NCBI GenBank assembly: GCA_004212975.1
Contig: SHBF01000003.1
Location: 1 to 59,802, forward strand
Reading direction: 5' to 3'
Origin: SAR86 cluster bacterium
GTDB taxonomy: Bacteria > Pseudomonadota > Gammaproteobacteria > Magnimaribacterales > D2472
DNA: 59,802 nt
Part shown: piece by piece, positions 1 through 9,155 of the stretch
Layout: each line of letters starts with the position of its first letter
Position numbering within the stretch: position 1 is the first letter of the stretch
Notes under the pieces: generated by a model
Told to the model about the DNA's origin: nothing
Databases searched by the model: none
The model's input: the letters and a program-made list of their open reading frames with translations, nothing else
Program-made: the position numbers and the translations under genes

Positions 1-140
1 CTCAATTGATATTGCTTGATGATTCTGTTCAGGCACTCAATAACTACAGAAATCAACTAAATCAGGTGATATTAGAGATTCAAACACAGATATCGAGTGT
101 TCAAAATTCTCTAAACACCGATAAAGTTGTTCAAAATTAA
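1..140 (+). CDS. 3' end of a CDS running in from outside the window (coiled-coil-like tail)
   Basis: Frame open from nt 3: QLILLDDSVQALNNYRNQLNQVILEIQTQISSVQNSLNTDKVVQN, TAA at 138-140. Confidence 0.55.
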   Translation, partial: QLILLDDSVQALNNYRNQLNQVILEIQTQISSVQNSLNTDKVVQN

Positions 141-161
141 CAATTTATTTAATATATATGT

Positions 162-374
162 GTGAATAGGTTTGTTTTACAGGTTTTTTTGTTCCTTGCA
201 TTTATCCCTTTAGCTATTTTAGTCGGTTATGGAATTCTTGTGATTGCGCCAATTTTTTGCTGTTTTCTTGCAATTAATTCCTATAAATTTAACAATTATA
301 GAGAAATGTACATATGGATGGCATTTGGAGGTCTTTCTTTCATGCTTGCTTTGTATATGTTGGGAGTTTTATGA
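162..374 (+). CDS. Small hypothetical membrane protein
   Basis: 70 aa, two to three hydrophobic segments, GTG start; stop overlaps the next ATG (ATGA). Confidence 0.6.
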   Translation: MNRFVLQVFLFLAFIPLAILVGYGILVIAPIFCCFLAINSYKFNNYREMYIWMAFGGLSFMLALYMLGVL

Positions 375-769
375 GCGTTATAATTAAAGGATATTTACTT
401 ATAATTGGTGTTACTTCAATAGTAATGGGTTTATGGGCAATGTTTGGACCAGAATTTGTGTCTTGGTATCCTGCCTTTGATGGTGTAGAAAGATATACTC
501 CTTTGGCAAATTTTATCAGAACAATGTCTGGAGTTTTTGTTGCATCTGGCTATATTCTTGTCCGGTTTATTTTTTCCTCATCAAAAGTTCAACTTGGCAC
601 AGTTTTAATATACATGTGTGCATTCATGCTTCTAGGTAAAGCTTGTGGATTATATTACGAGGGATATCATTTTCATGATGTCATTGCATCAATTTTAGGT
701 GTACTTACTCTTATCGGTCTGACAATAGTCCACAGACAAAGAAAAAATTTACTTAATTACGATCTTTAA
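371..769 (+). CDS. 4-TM membrane protein, DUF4345-like
   Basis: Start reassigned to ATG 371 (ATGA overlap with upstream gene); four hydrophobic helices. Confidence 0.6.
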   Translation: MSVIIKGYLLIIGVTSIVMGLWAMFGPEFVSWYPAFDGVERYTPLANFIRTMSGVFVASGYILVRFIFSSSKVQLGTVLIYMCAFMLLGKACGLYYEGYHFHDVIASILGVLTLIGLTIVHRQRKNLLNYDL

Positions 770-814
770 AAATTTTCCACTTAGACAATATAACTATATA
801 TAATGCATATGCCT

Positions 815-899
815 GGGGATGTGGTGGAACTGGTAGACACGCTTGGCTTAGAACCAAGTGCCGCAAGGCGTGGGGGTTCGACTCCCTCCATCCTTACCA
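815..899 (+). tRNA. tRNA-Leu(TAG)
   Basis: Cloverleaf GGGGATG...CATCCTT-A-CCA, anticodon arm CTTGG-CT-TAG-AA-CCAAG, long variable arm GCCGCAAGGC, T-loop GGTTCGACTCC. Confidence 0.97.
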
Positions 900-975
900 A
901 TTTTATATAAAAAATAGATACTTTTTTTATCAAATTACTAGTTAAATTGTATTTTACATATATACTCATTTAGGT

Positions 976-1020
976 ATGTTAATTGTTAACTTACATAAAG
1001 AGCGGGGAGCAGCAGCATAG
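976..1020 (+). CDS. Candidate leader peptide MLIVNLHKERGAAA (14 aa)
   Basis: ATG 976 to TAG 1018-1020; ends CGG GGA GCA GCA GCA TAG; TATACT -10-like box at 961-966; directly upstream of alternative hairpins. Confidence 0.45.
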   Translation: MLIVNLHKERGAAA

Positions 1021-1068
1021 CTGGGGTGCTTTTTATTATTTGACCCAGCCTTTGCTGGGTTTTTTTTT
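1005..1068 (+). promoter_or_regulatory. Candidate transcription attenuator (1:2, 2:3 and 3:4 hairpins) in the TBDR leader
   Basis: GGGAGCA-G-CAGC/ATA/GCTG-GGG-TGCTTTT (1005-1033); GCTGGG 1020-1025 complementary to CCCAGC 1044-1049; terminator follows. Confidence 0.55.
1043..1068 (+). terminator. Intrinsic terminator directly upstream of the TBDR ribosome-binding site
   Basis: ACCCAGC-CTTT-GCTGGGT stem-loop followed by 8 more T; SD GAGAGGA begins at 1069. Confidence 0.8.
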
Positions 1069-1083
1069 GAGAGGATATGAATT

Positions 1084-3447
1084 ATGAAAAACTTTAAAAC
1101 AATTTTGTGCACACTAATTTTGGCACCATTTATTTTGATTTCACAAGAAGTTGAAGAAGTCATAGTAACAGCAAACAAAAAAGCTGAGACTGTGCAAGAA
1201 ATACCTATGAATATATCTGTAATAACAGAATTAGCTATCGAGGAACGAGGTATAACTAACCCTGAAGACTACTTGAGATCTATTGCTGGTGTTTCAACTC
1301 CTGGTGGCTCAAATTACTATACTTTTAGGGGCTTAAACACATCTACCTCTCAAAGATCTTCAGGGACGTCATCTACATATATTGATGAAATTAATGGAAC
1401 TTTAATGGGATTATTTGATGTTGAAAGAATAGAGGTTCTTAGAGGGCCTCAAGGAACGCTTTACGGATCAAATGCAATCGGTGGAACTATAAGATACATA
1501 ACTAATAAACCAGATTCTAGCGCTGCATATGGGAAGATTAGACTGGGTTATGGTGACAAGGTTAAAGCAGGTGATCCTGAAACAAGCATTGAAATGATGT
1601 ACAACATGCCTTTAAGTGACAGCCTTGCTGTAAGAGCGGTATATTCTCAACTTGTATCACCTGGAATCTATAAAAATATACAAACTGGTAAAACAGTTGG
1701 TGAAGAGGATGATTCGCAACTTATGATCACTCTTGGTTTTAACGATGGAGGCAAACTTACAGGAAGTTTAAGGTACATTAATTTCAATAATAAAGCATTT
1801 GGTATTTTAGAGCCTGGTCAGAGCAAGCCTGGTAGTGCTGACGTATATGTTGAGGGATGTCCTCAAGCAACAGGCTGGTTTTATAATTTTGAAGGTGATC
1901 CAACTTGCTCACGTTTAGACGCAATATCCTCGTTTGCAGCTTCAGAGGGAGTAAGTGGAGTTCTTTCAAATTATGACCCTAAGTTTTCTCATGCCTTAGC
2001 TGCTGATGAATCTGAAGATATTACAAGAGAAATCATTGTAGCTAATCTAAAATATGATTTTGGCCTCTTTGATGCAAACCTAATTATTTCTGATAGAACG
2101 GTTACCGATGATTCGGTTACAGACTGGGCTAGAATTGACATGGATGATTACGTTCCAGCACCACTAATTGTAGATGGTGATGAATATTACGAAGAGACAA
2201 CAGAACTTAGATTAATCTCAAAGCCAGGAAAATTTGAGTGGACTATTGGATATTACAATTATAAGTTCAATGAAGAAGCTAACTCAATATCACAAACACA
2301 ATATGCAATGGATCAGGATTGGTTAGAGTATGTAATGCTTTATGCGGCTGGTTTGAGTCCTGGTGATTATGACGCAACAGCATATTGCCCTCCATTTTGT
2401 GAAGGTCATCTAGGTTATCCTTATTTTTATTATGGATCTTACACTGAATATAATGAACAAGAAGAAACATCTATGTATGGTCAATTTGACTATAACGTCA
2501 ATGATAAATTAACTCTAACATTAGGTATTAGAGATTATGAAATTGATGATGCATCTAAGTCTTACCAGTATGGCATATTTTTTATGGGTAGTACTGGGTG
2601 TGATGGTAATGATCCATCCGGTACTGACTGTTCGGAGTTATCAGGCTCAGAGTCTGACACTAGGATGAAATATGCAGCAAGTTATAGGGTTAATGAAGAT
2701 TTAACATTGTATGCAACTCAAGCAGCAGGTTACAGACCTGGAGGAAATCAGGCGCCACTTCCTCCATTCTGTAGTAGTGATGAAGCAGCTCAAGCTAATT
2801 TTTCAAGAAGATTTAATTCTGATGAAGCTGAAACTACTGAATTTGGTGTGAAAGCTAGAGGGGAAAATTATACTGCTAATGTTACTTATTTTGATGTTGA
2901 CTGGGATGGAATTATTATCCAAGTTACTCCTGGTTGTGGCTGGAGATATAATTTTAATGGCGGTAAAGCTGAAACCTCTGGTTGGGAATTTGATTTTACA
3001 TATGCAGTTAATGATTCTGTTTCTCTGGATTTTGCTGGAAGCTCAATGACTGCGGAAACATCAATTGATATTGTTTCACTTGGAGCATCTGCTGGTGACA
3101 GACTTCCAAATACAGTTGAAAAACAATGGAACCTTGGATTGGTATATGACACCTCAATAATGTCATATCCAACTTATGCAAGGCTTGATGTAAATTATTA
3201 TGGAGATAGTTTTAATACCTTTGCTGAAAATCCAAATTCAAGCTCTCCAGATTACACAAAGCTAAACTTTAATCTTGGATTAGATTTGAATGAAAATTCT
3301 AAATTACAACTATCTGTAGATAATCTTACAGACGAAAGAACTGAAGCATATGTCTATGCAGTGAATGACACATCCTGGAGACCAAGAAATTGGATGCAGT
3401 GGATACCTCCAAGAACTGTCAGCTTGAAATATTCTTTTAGTTTCTAA
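1084..3447 (+). CDS. TonB-dependent receptor
   Basis: Signal peptide, TonB box EEVIVTA, plug motif ERIEVLRGPQGTLYG, C-terminal ..DNLTDE..PRTVSLKYSFSF with terminal Phe. Confidence 0.95.
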   Translation: MKNFKTILCTLILAPFILISQEVEEVIVTANKKAETVQEIPMNISVITELAIEERGITNPEDYLRSIAGVSTPGGSNYYTFRGLNTSTSQRSSGTSSTYIDEINGTLMGLFDVERIEVLRGPQGTLYGSNAIGGTIRYITNKPDSSAAYGKIRLGYGDKVKAGDPETSIEMMYNMPLSDSLAVRAVYSQLVSPGIYKNIQTGKTVGEEDDSQLMITLGFNDGGKLTGSLRYINFNNKAFGILEPGQSKPGSADVYVEGCPQATGWFYNFEGDPTCSRLDAISSFAASEGVSGVLSNYDPKFSHALAADESEDITREIIVANLKYDFGLFDANLIISDRTVTDDSVTDWARIDMDDYVPAPLIVDGDEYYEETTELRLISKPGKFEWTIGYYNYKFNEEANSISQTQYAMDQDWLEYVMLYAAGLSPGDYDATAYCPPFCEGHLGYPYFYYGSYTEYNEQEETSMYGQFDYNVNDKLTLTLGIRDYEIDDASKSYQYGIFFMGSTGCDGNDPSGTDCSELSGSESDTRMKYAASYRVNEDLTLYATQAAGYRPGGNQAPLPPFCSSDEAAQANFSRRFNSDEAETTEFGVKARGENYTANVTYFDVDWDGIIIQVTPGCGWRYNFNGGKAETSGWEFDFTYAVNDSVSLDFAGSSMTAETSIDIVSLGASAGDRLPNTVEKQWNLGLVYDTSIMSYPTYARLDVNYYGDSFNTFAENPNSSSPDYTKLNFNLGLDLNENSKLQLSVDNLTDERTEAYVYAVNDTSWRPRNWMQWIPPRTVSLKYSFSF

Positions 3448-3454
3448 ATTTTAA

Positions 3455-3483
3455 TGGATGAAGAGATAATATCTCTTCATCCA
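3455..3483 (+). terminator. Perfect 13-bp stem-loop after the TBDR (terminator or mRNA stabiliser)
   Basis: TGGATGAAGAGAT-AAT-ATCTCTTCATCCA; weak U-tract. Confidence 0.6.
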
Positions 3484-3543
3484 ACTTTAATTAGCTATAA
3501 AAATACTAATCTTGTATAGTTTTTTAAAATTAGGTAAAACTAT

Positions 3544-4524
3544 ATGAGAATTATTTTTATATATATTCTTACACTTTCTATCATTGTTTGTTCTGATGAC
3601 GAAGATATTGTCGAAACAAATATTGTTAATCTAAAAGAATACACTGTCGATAAAAGCTCATATTGCAAAGAAAGAGCTGAACCAAAAAATTTAATATGGT
3701 TCCAGAATTTTGATGAAAATTATCTATCTCCAGATGTTTGGAATTATTCAACTTCAAATGGTTTTTACGATGGAAAAGAATTTATTAGTGGTTGGGGCAA
3801 TGGAGAACTACAGTACTATACAAAGCCCAGAAAATTAGAAAGTAATAACAATACGTCTAAAAACCTTTTTATTGAAAATGGGTATTTAAAAATACAACCT
3901 ATATATAGAAAAGATAAATCACGAATCAGCAGCGGTGAAGATGCATATAACTTTACTTCAGCAAGAATTAACACCAAAAACCTTAAATCTTTTTCCTATC
4001 CATCAAAAATTTCAATATGCTTTAAGGTTCCAAAAGGAATTGGATTTTGGCCTGCATTTTGGTTGATGCCAAGTGAAGATATTAGATGGCCAGTTGGAGG
4101 AGAAATTGATATTTTAGAAAATAGAGGCAGAATATCTAATATTTCAAGCTCTGCTCTTCATTTTGGCAAACAATGGAATAAAAAATCTACGCTTGTGGGT
4201 GAAGCTTTAATTCCAAGGCAGGTTCGCTTCCAAGATAAATTTCATTCTATATCTTTGGTATGGAAGGAAAATGTCATTGCTTTTTATCTTGATAATTCTT
4301 CGGATCCATATTTCACTATAAATTCTGATCATCCAGAATTTCAAAAATATAAGTACCCATTCAATAGAGATTATTACATGATTTTAAACGTAGCGGTTGG
4401 AGGTAAATATGATGATTATTGGGTTGATTTTGATGCATTTTGCAATGATGAAGAGTGTTCAAATAAAGAAGATCCTGATAGTCATAGATTTATAATTGAT
4501 TGGATTGAATATGAGAGACTTTAA
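3544..4524 (+). CDS. Glycoside hydrolase family 16 (laminarinase / beta-1,3-glucanase-like), probably exported
   Basis: GWGNGELQYY, FTSARINT, GFWPAFWLM, catalytic GEIDILE (ExDxxE), ILNVAVGG. Confidence 0.92.
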   Translation: MRIIFIYILTLSIIVCSDDEDIVETNIVNLKEYTVDKSSYCKERAEPKNLIWFQNFDENYLSPDVWNYSTSNGFYDGKEFISGWGNGELQYYTKPRKLESNNNTSKNLFIENGYLKIQPIYRKDKSRISSGEDAYNFTSARINTKNLKSFSYPSKISICFKVPKGIGFWPAFWLMPSEDIRWPVGGEIDILENRGRISNISSSALHFGKQWNKKSTLVGEALIPRQVRFQDKFHSISLVWKENVIAFYLDNSSDPYFTINSDHPEFQKYKYPFNRDYYMILNVAVGGKYDDYWVDFDAFCNDEECSNKEDPDSHRFIIDWIEYERL

Positions 4525-4547
4525 AAATTATCAATTATAATTAGTGA

Positions 4548-5906
4548 ATGTCTAGGGGATTTATATTATCAGATGAAATTCTTGATCATAAGATCAATTC
4601 TCCTGCTTTTGAAGAAAAGCATAACTTTGATGCATCAGGTAAATTAAATGATTTAGAGCTCTTCACTAAAGGGCAACCCTTCAGTCTATATAAAGAACTT
4701 AGAGAAAATGCACCAATATATTTTCATGATCCTATGCCTATGGATCCTGAGCCTGGTTATTGGGTATTAACCAAATATGAAGATATAAAGTATGTATCAA
4801 TGAATCCAAAAATTTTTTCGTCGCAATATGCTACTGGCAATATGCTAACGCTAGGATCAGAAAAAAATAGACACCCTAAATTATTTAAATCAACTATAGA
4901 CCATATGTTAAATTTGGATGGAGAAATGCATCTTAATCTAAGAAAAGAGCATATGCCATTTTTTAAGCCTGGATACGTAGATGAATTAAAACAAAAAGTT
5001 TCTTTGAAAGTTACTGAGTTACTGGATCAAATTGCTCCAATGGGTGAGTGCAATCTTGTTAAAGAAGTATCTCAACAATTACCTATTTACACTCTCTCAG
5101 AAATACTTGGAATTCCGGATGAAGACAGACAAAAATTAGTCTCTTGGATGGAATTTCTTGAATTAGCTCAATACTTTACTTATGAAATGATAAAAGAGCA
5201 AAATGAGGGCAAGACAGATTCAACCCCAGATTCAGCGCTGATACATATGTTTAATGCAATGGTTGATGAAATGTTTGATTACGGAAGATTCATTCTTAAA
5301 AACAAAAGAAAGAATCCATCAAATGATCTTTTGAGTGCTATTGCTAATGCAAAAATAGAAGGTGAAGAGCTTTCTGATGAATTTCTTGATGGATCTTGGC
5401 TGTTAATAATTTTTGCAGGTAACGACACTACTAGAAATACAATGAGCGGCGGCATTAAACTTCTTCATGAGAATCAGCATCAAAAAGAGTTATTAATTAA
5501 TAATTATGACTTACTTCCAGGTTTTATTAATGAGACTGTAAGATGTGTTTCACCAGTAATTCATATGAGAAGAACATCTCTCATTGAAACAGAAATAGGT
5601 GGCCAAAAGATTGGTCCTCATGAAAAGATAGCATTATGGTATGGAGCCGCAAATAGAGATCCAGAAATTTTTGATAAACCTGATGAATTTAATATTCAAA
5701 GAGAAAATGCAGAAAAACATCTTGCTTTTGGTATAGGCAGGCATACATGCCTTGGTAAACCAATTGCTTTGATGCAATTGAATGAATTTTATTCACAATT
5801 TCTTAAGAGATTTCCGGATTTTGAAATGGATGGTGAATGGAAGGTGGCCCCAAATAATTTTGTTCACGCTATTCAAGAAATGCCAATTAAATTTACTAAA
5901 GAATGA
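4548..5906 (+). CDS. Cytochrome P450
   Basis: I-helix AGNDTT, ExxR (ETVR), heme motif FGIGRHTCLG. Confidence 0.95.
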   Translation: MSRGFILSDEILDHKINSPAFEEKHNFDASGKLNDLELFTKGQPFSLYKELRENAPIYFHDPMPMDPEPGYWVLTKYEDIKYVSMNPKIFSSQYATGNMLTLGSEKNRHPKLFKSTIDHMLNLDGEMHLNLRKEHMPFFKPGYVDELKQKVSLKVTELLDQIAPMGECNLVKEVSQQLPIYTLSEILGIPDEDRQKLVSWMEFLELAQYFTYEMIKEQNEGKTDSTPDSALIHMFNAMVDEMFDYGRFILKNKRKNPSNDLLSAIANAKIEGEELSDEFLDGSWLLIIFAGNDTTRNTMSGGIKLLHENQHQKELLINNYDLLPGFINETVRCVSPVIHMRRTSLIETEIGGQKIGPHEKIALWYGAANRDPEIFDKPDEFNIQRENAEKHLAFGIGRHTCLGKPIALMQLNEFYSQFLKRFPDFEMDGEWKVAPNNFVHAIQEMPIKFTKE

Positions 5907-7177
5907 TAATACCTTATAGATTTAAAGTAGTTTTTTTATCATTCTTAGCTGTTTTTATTTGTTATATAGATAGAGTTAATATTTCTGTTGCAATCATTCC
6001 TATGCAAGAGCAGTTTGGATGGTCTGAATCGCAGGTTGGTATTATTTTGGGATCATTTTATTTCGGATATATGATCACAATGATTCTTGGTGGATATTTA
6101 GCTGATAAATATGGCGGTAAAAAGGTTCTTGGATTTGCACTACTAATTTGGTCATTATTTACAATCATTACTCCTTTTTTTGCTTACCAAGGATTGTGGT
6201 GGTTAATATTAATTAGAATTCTAATGGGTCTAGGAGAAGGGGTTACTTTTCCTTCATGGCATGCAATATATGCTAGATGGATACCATTTCAAGAAAGAAC
6301 AAGATCAATAGGTTTTACTAATAGTGGTATAGCTGCCGGGACACTATTTGGATTTGCAGTTGCAGCATTGATAATTGCAAATTACTCTTGGGAATGGGTC
6401 TTTTATTTATTTGGATTACTAGGATTTTTTTGGTATTTTTTCTGGAATAGAATAGTTACATCTTTTCCAGAGGATAATAAGCTTCTTTCAGATGAGGAAT
6501 TACATTATATAAAGACTCAAGCACCTTCTAAAGAATCTGCTCCAACAATTCCGCTTTTAAAACTTATAAGAAATGCTCCTTTTATGGCAATAGCAGTTGC
6601 AACATTTTGTAATAATTGGTCTTTATATACATTTCTTTCTTACTTACCAAAATATGTTAATGCTCCCGTTGCCCAAGGTGGAATGGGAATAGACTTAGGA
6701 TCAAATGTATTTATTTATTCAATACTTATACCAAGTTTTGTTGCAATTTTTTCTTTGATATTGGGAGGCTTTTTAGCTGATGGTTTAATCAAAAGGGGAT
6801 ATGGCTTACTCAACATAAGAAAAAGTGTAAATTCAATAGGTTTTTTTGGTTCGGCATTACTGTTATACCTAATATCGTTGGAGGATTCTCTTATAAATCT
6901 TGTCATATTATTGAGCCTAATTAATGTATGTTCTGGCATATGTGCAGGCGGTTTTGGAGTTAATCATGCTGATCTAGGCCCTAAATATACTGGTTCATTG
7001 GTAGGAATCGCAGGAAGTATTGGAATGCTTGCAGCAATTATGAGCCCAATAGCTGCAGGATATATTCTTGAAATAACTAACTCTTGGAATTCTATATTTT
7101 ATGTCTGTACATTTGTACTTATATTCGGCGGGACCTTTTATTTGCTTTTTGCAAGTGTTGAAAAACAATTCGATTAA
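5903..7177 (+). CDS. MFS transporter, anion:cation symporter (ACS/SLC17-like)
   Basis: YIDRVNISVA, GYLADKYGGKKV motif A, RILMGLGEG, ~12 TM. Confidence 0.9.
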   Translation: MIIPYRFKVVFLSFLAVFICYIDRVNISVAIIPMQEQFGWSESQVGIILGSFYFGYMITMILGGYLADKYGGKKVLGFALLIWSLFTIITPFFAYQGLWWLILIRILMGLGEGVTFPSWHAIYARWIPFQERTRSIGFTNSGIAAGTLFGFAVAALIIANYSWEWVFYLFGLLGFFWYFFWNRIVTSFPEDNKLLSDEELHYIKTQAPSKESAPTIPLLKLIRNAPFMAIAVATFCNNWSLYTFLSYLPKYVNAPVAQGGMGIDLGSNVFIYSILIPSFVAIFSLILGGFLADGLIKRGYGLLNIRKSVNSIGFFGSALLLYLISLEDSLINLVILLSLINVCSGICAGGFGVNHADLGPKYTGSLVGIAGSIGMLAAIMSPIAAGYILEITNSWNSIFYVCTFVLIFGGTFYLLFASVEKQFD

Positions 7178-7677
7178 TTTCTAACCATATTTTGGAAAAA
7201 ATCAAATATTTCCTGACTTGATCTATCTCTAGCAGTTCTCCATTCTGTAGTATTTGAGTTATTTATTACATTTTTGTTTTTATCAAAGACCAAAACTCTT
7301 GGAATCCCCTCAGCAGAAGCAATTCCAAATTCCTCCATTAAATTCATATTTATTTCATATCTAAGAACGTCTATATAAAGAACATTAAATTTTTCATTAA
7401 TATGTTTTTCAATTTTAGGAATATTCATTGTTCCAGAGAATATCCTACAATCCGGGCACCAATTTGCTCCAAAAATAAGTATTGGTTGTTTTCCGTCTTT
7501 AATTGATTTATCAATAAAGTTATCCAGGAATTCAACACTATAAATTTCTCCATTGTAGGGCAACGGAAGTGGTGTAGTTAATTTGTCATCTTCATCAAGC
7601 ATAATATTTCCATTAATATTAATACAAATTAAAAAAAAGTATGAAATATTAATATATTTGATTACACTCTTTAACAT
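7174..7677 (-). CDS. Thioredoxin-family protein
   Basis: FGANWCPDC motif, GIP cis-Pro loop. Confidence 0.85.
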   Translation of the reverse strand: MLKSVIKYINISYFFLICININGNIMLDEDDKLTTPLPLPYNGEIYSVEFLDNFIDKSIKDGKQPILIFGANWCPDCRIFSGTMNIPKIEKHINEKFNVLYIDVLRYEINMNLMEEFGIASAEGIPRVLVFDKNKNVINNSNTTEWRTARDRSSQEIFDFFQNMVRN

Positions 7678-7714
7678 ATTATTTATTTTATTTTAAAAAG
7701 ATGGAGAAAAAAAG

Positions 7715-8128
7715 TTGATCTGGATTATTAGATTGTACCTGTTATTCATGGCATTTATATATACCCTGATTGGAGCTTGGGCAATATTAGATCCCTTACT
7801 TGGCGCTCTAGAACTGGGCTATCCAAGTTTTTTAAATGCTGTAGGTCTCTCAATAACATCTCCATTAGGATATTCTGAAATAGCTGGATTATATGGTGGT
7901 TTAAACTTATGTTTGGGCATTATGTGTCTAGTGGGTATTTTTAAAAGAGACATAGGCATTTTCTCAATTAAATTTGTAACCTTTCTAGTTGGATCAATTG
8001 CATTTGGTAGAGTAATTTTTTCTATGCTTCCAACAACCCCTGGCTTCTATAATCCTTACTTTGTTTTTGAAGTCATCGCTTTTTTTGTTGGAATAACGCT
8101 GTTATATCTTCAAAAGAAATTAAATTAA
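7715..8128 (+). CDS. DUF4345-like membrane protein
   Basis: TTG start; SEIAGLYGG motif, FGR motif, four TM. Confidence 0.7.
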   Translation: MIWIIRLYLLFMAFIYTLIGAWAILDPLLGALELGYPSFLNAVGLSITSPLGYSEIAGLYGGLNLCLGIMCLVGIFKRDIGIFSIKFVTFLVGSIAFGRVIFSMLPTTPGFYNPYFVFEVIAFFVGITLLYLQKKLN

Positions 8129-9067
8129 ATTACTCAAACTTAATAAATATAAAACATAACTACTCACAAATAATATACCGACTAGGCGAATCGCATTTAC
8201 TGAAAATACTTTGTTTGAATAAAATAGTACTACCAACATAAAAACAATTGTTGCTGAGAACATTATTGTGAAGTCCCTGCTTAATAGAACTTGATCTAGC
8301 TGAACGCTTGAAAAAAAACCAATAATTGGAACAACTAATGTAATGTTTAACACATTTGATCCAATAACATTTCCAACTACCATGTCAGTTTTCTTTTTTA
8401 AAACCGCGCTTATTGTAGCTGCTAATTCTGGAAGGCTTGTTCCAATAGCAATGATAGTTAATCCAATAATCAATTCTGAAATATTTAACAAAATAGCAAT
8501 TTTTTCTGCATAAATGACTGCATATCTTGAACCAAAGATTAATGAAATTAATCCTATGGTCAAAAAAATTAAAGTAATTGAATTATTTTTATCTTGTTGT
8601 TCATCAATTAATGTTTGACTATCTCTATTTGTATTTATTACATACAAAAAATAACAAAAGCTTAATAACAAAAGGACTCCATCAAATTTTGAGACGTTTA
8701 AATCAATTAATACGTATCCAAGAATTAATGCTGAAACTAAAAAAGGCATTAGCTGAATTATTGGTGTTTTTTTTGGTAAAAAAGAAATACCTATACATGA
8801 AACACCAAATATTAGTGCAATGTTAGATATGTTTGATCCAACAACTGCGCCCATAGCAATGCTTTCACTTTTATTTAAAACAGAAGAAATTCCTACGAAT
8901 ATTTCAGGAGCGGAAGTGCCCAATGCAACTATAGTCAATCCTATTGTTAATTCACTAACTCCAATCTTCTTTGCAATTAAAGATGAGTTATCTACAAATT
9001 TGTCTGCACCCCAAATTAATACAGCCAATGAAGCAACTAAACCTAGGAAGTTGATTAGGAAATCCAT
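8120..9067 (-). CDS. Calcium/sodium antiporter (CaCA, YrbG-like)
   Basis: Two alpha repeats GTSAPE..GSNI and GTSLPE..GSNV. Confidence 0.92.
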   Translation of the reverse strand: MDFLINFLGLVASLAVLIWGADKFVDNSSLIAKKIGVSELTIGLTIVALGTSAPEIFVGISSVLNKSESIAMGAVVGSNISNIALIFGVSCIGISFLPKKTPIIQLMPFLVSALILGYVLIDLNVSKFDGVLLLLSFCYFLYVINTNRDSQTLIDEQQDKNNSITLIFLTIGLISLIFGSRYAVIYAEKIAILLNISELIIGLTIIAIGTSLPELAATISAVLKKKTDMVVGNVIGSNVLNITLVVPIIGFFSSVQLDQVLLSRDFTIMFSATIVFMLVVLFYSNKVFSVNAIRLVGILFVSSYVLYLLSLSNLI

Positions 9068-9155
9068 AATTTATTTTACCTTAGTTATTAATGGAGATTA
9101 TGTTTCGTTCCCAAAAATACAATATAATTTAGTTTCAAATTTATAGAGAATACAA

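Noticed and set aside
997-1068. TPP, yybP-ykoY or cobalamin riboswitch in the TBDR leader
   Set aside because: GGGGTGC resembles the TPP 5' strand and GGGGAGCAGC resembles yybP, but the UGAGA/ACCUGAU (TPP), the 3' GGCRAGAC (yybP) and the B12 box motifs are absent and the leader is too short.
781-1178. Minus-strand ORFs 781..969 and 966..1178
   Set aside because: Antisense to tRNA-Leu, the leader and the TBDR start; shadow ORFs.
4548-5906. P450 as a CYP236 methyl-galactose demethylase
   Set aside because: No adjacent ferredoxin, reductase or dehydrogenase, and the GH16 motif is laminarinase-like rather than porphyranase-like; unsupported without a phylogeny.
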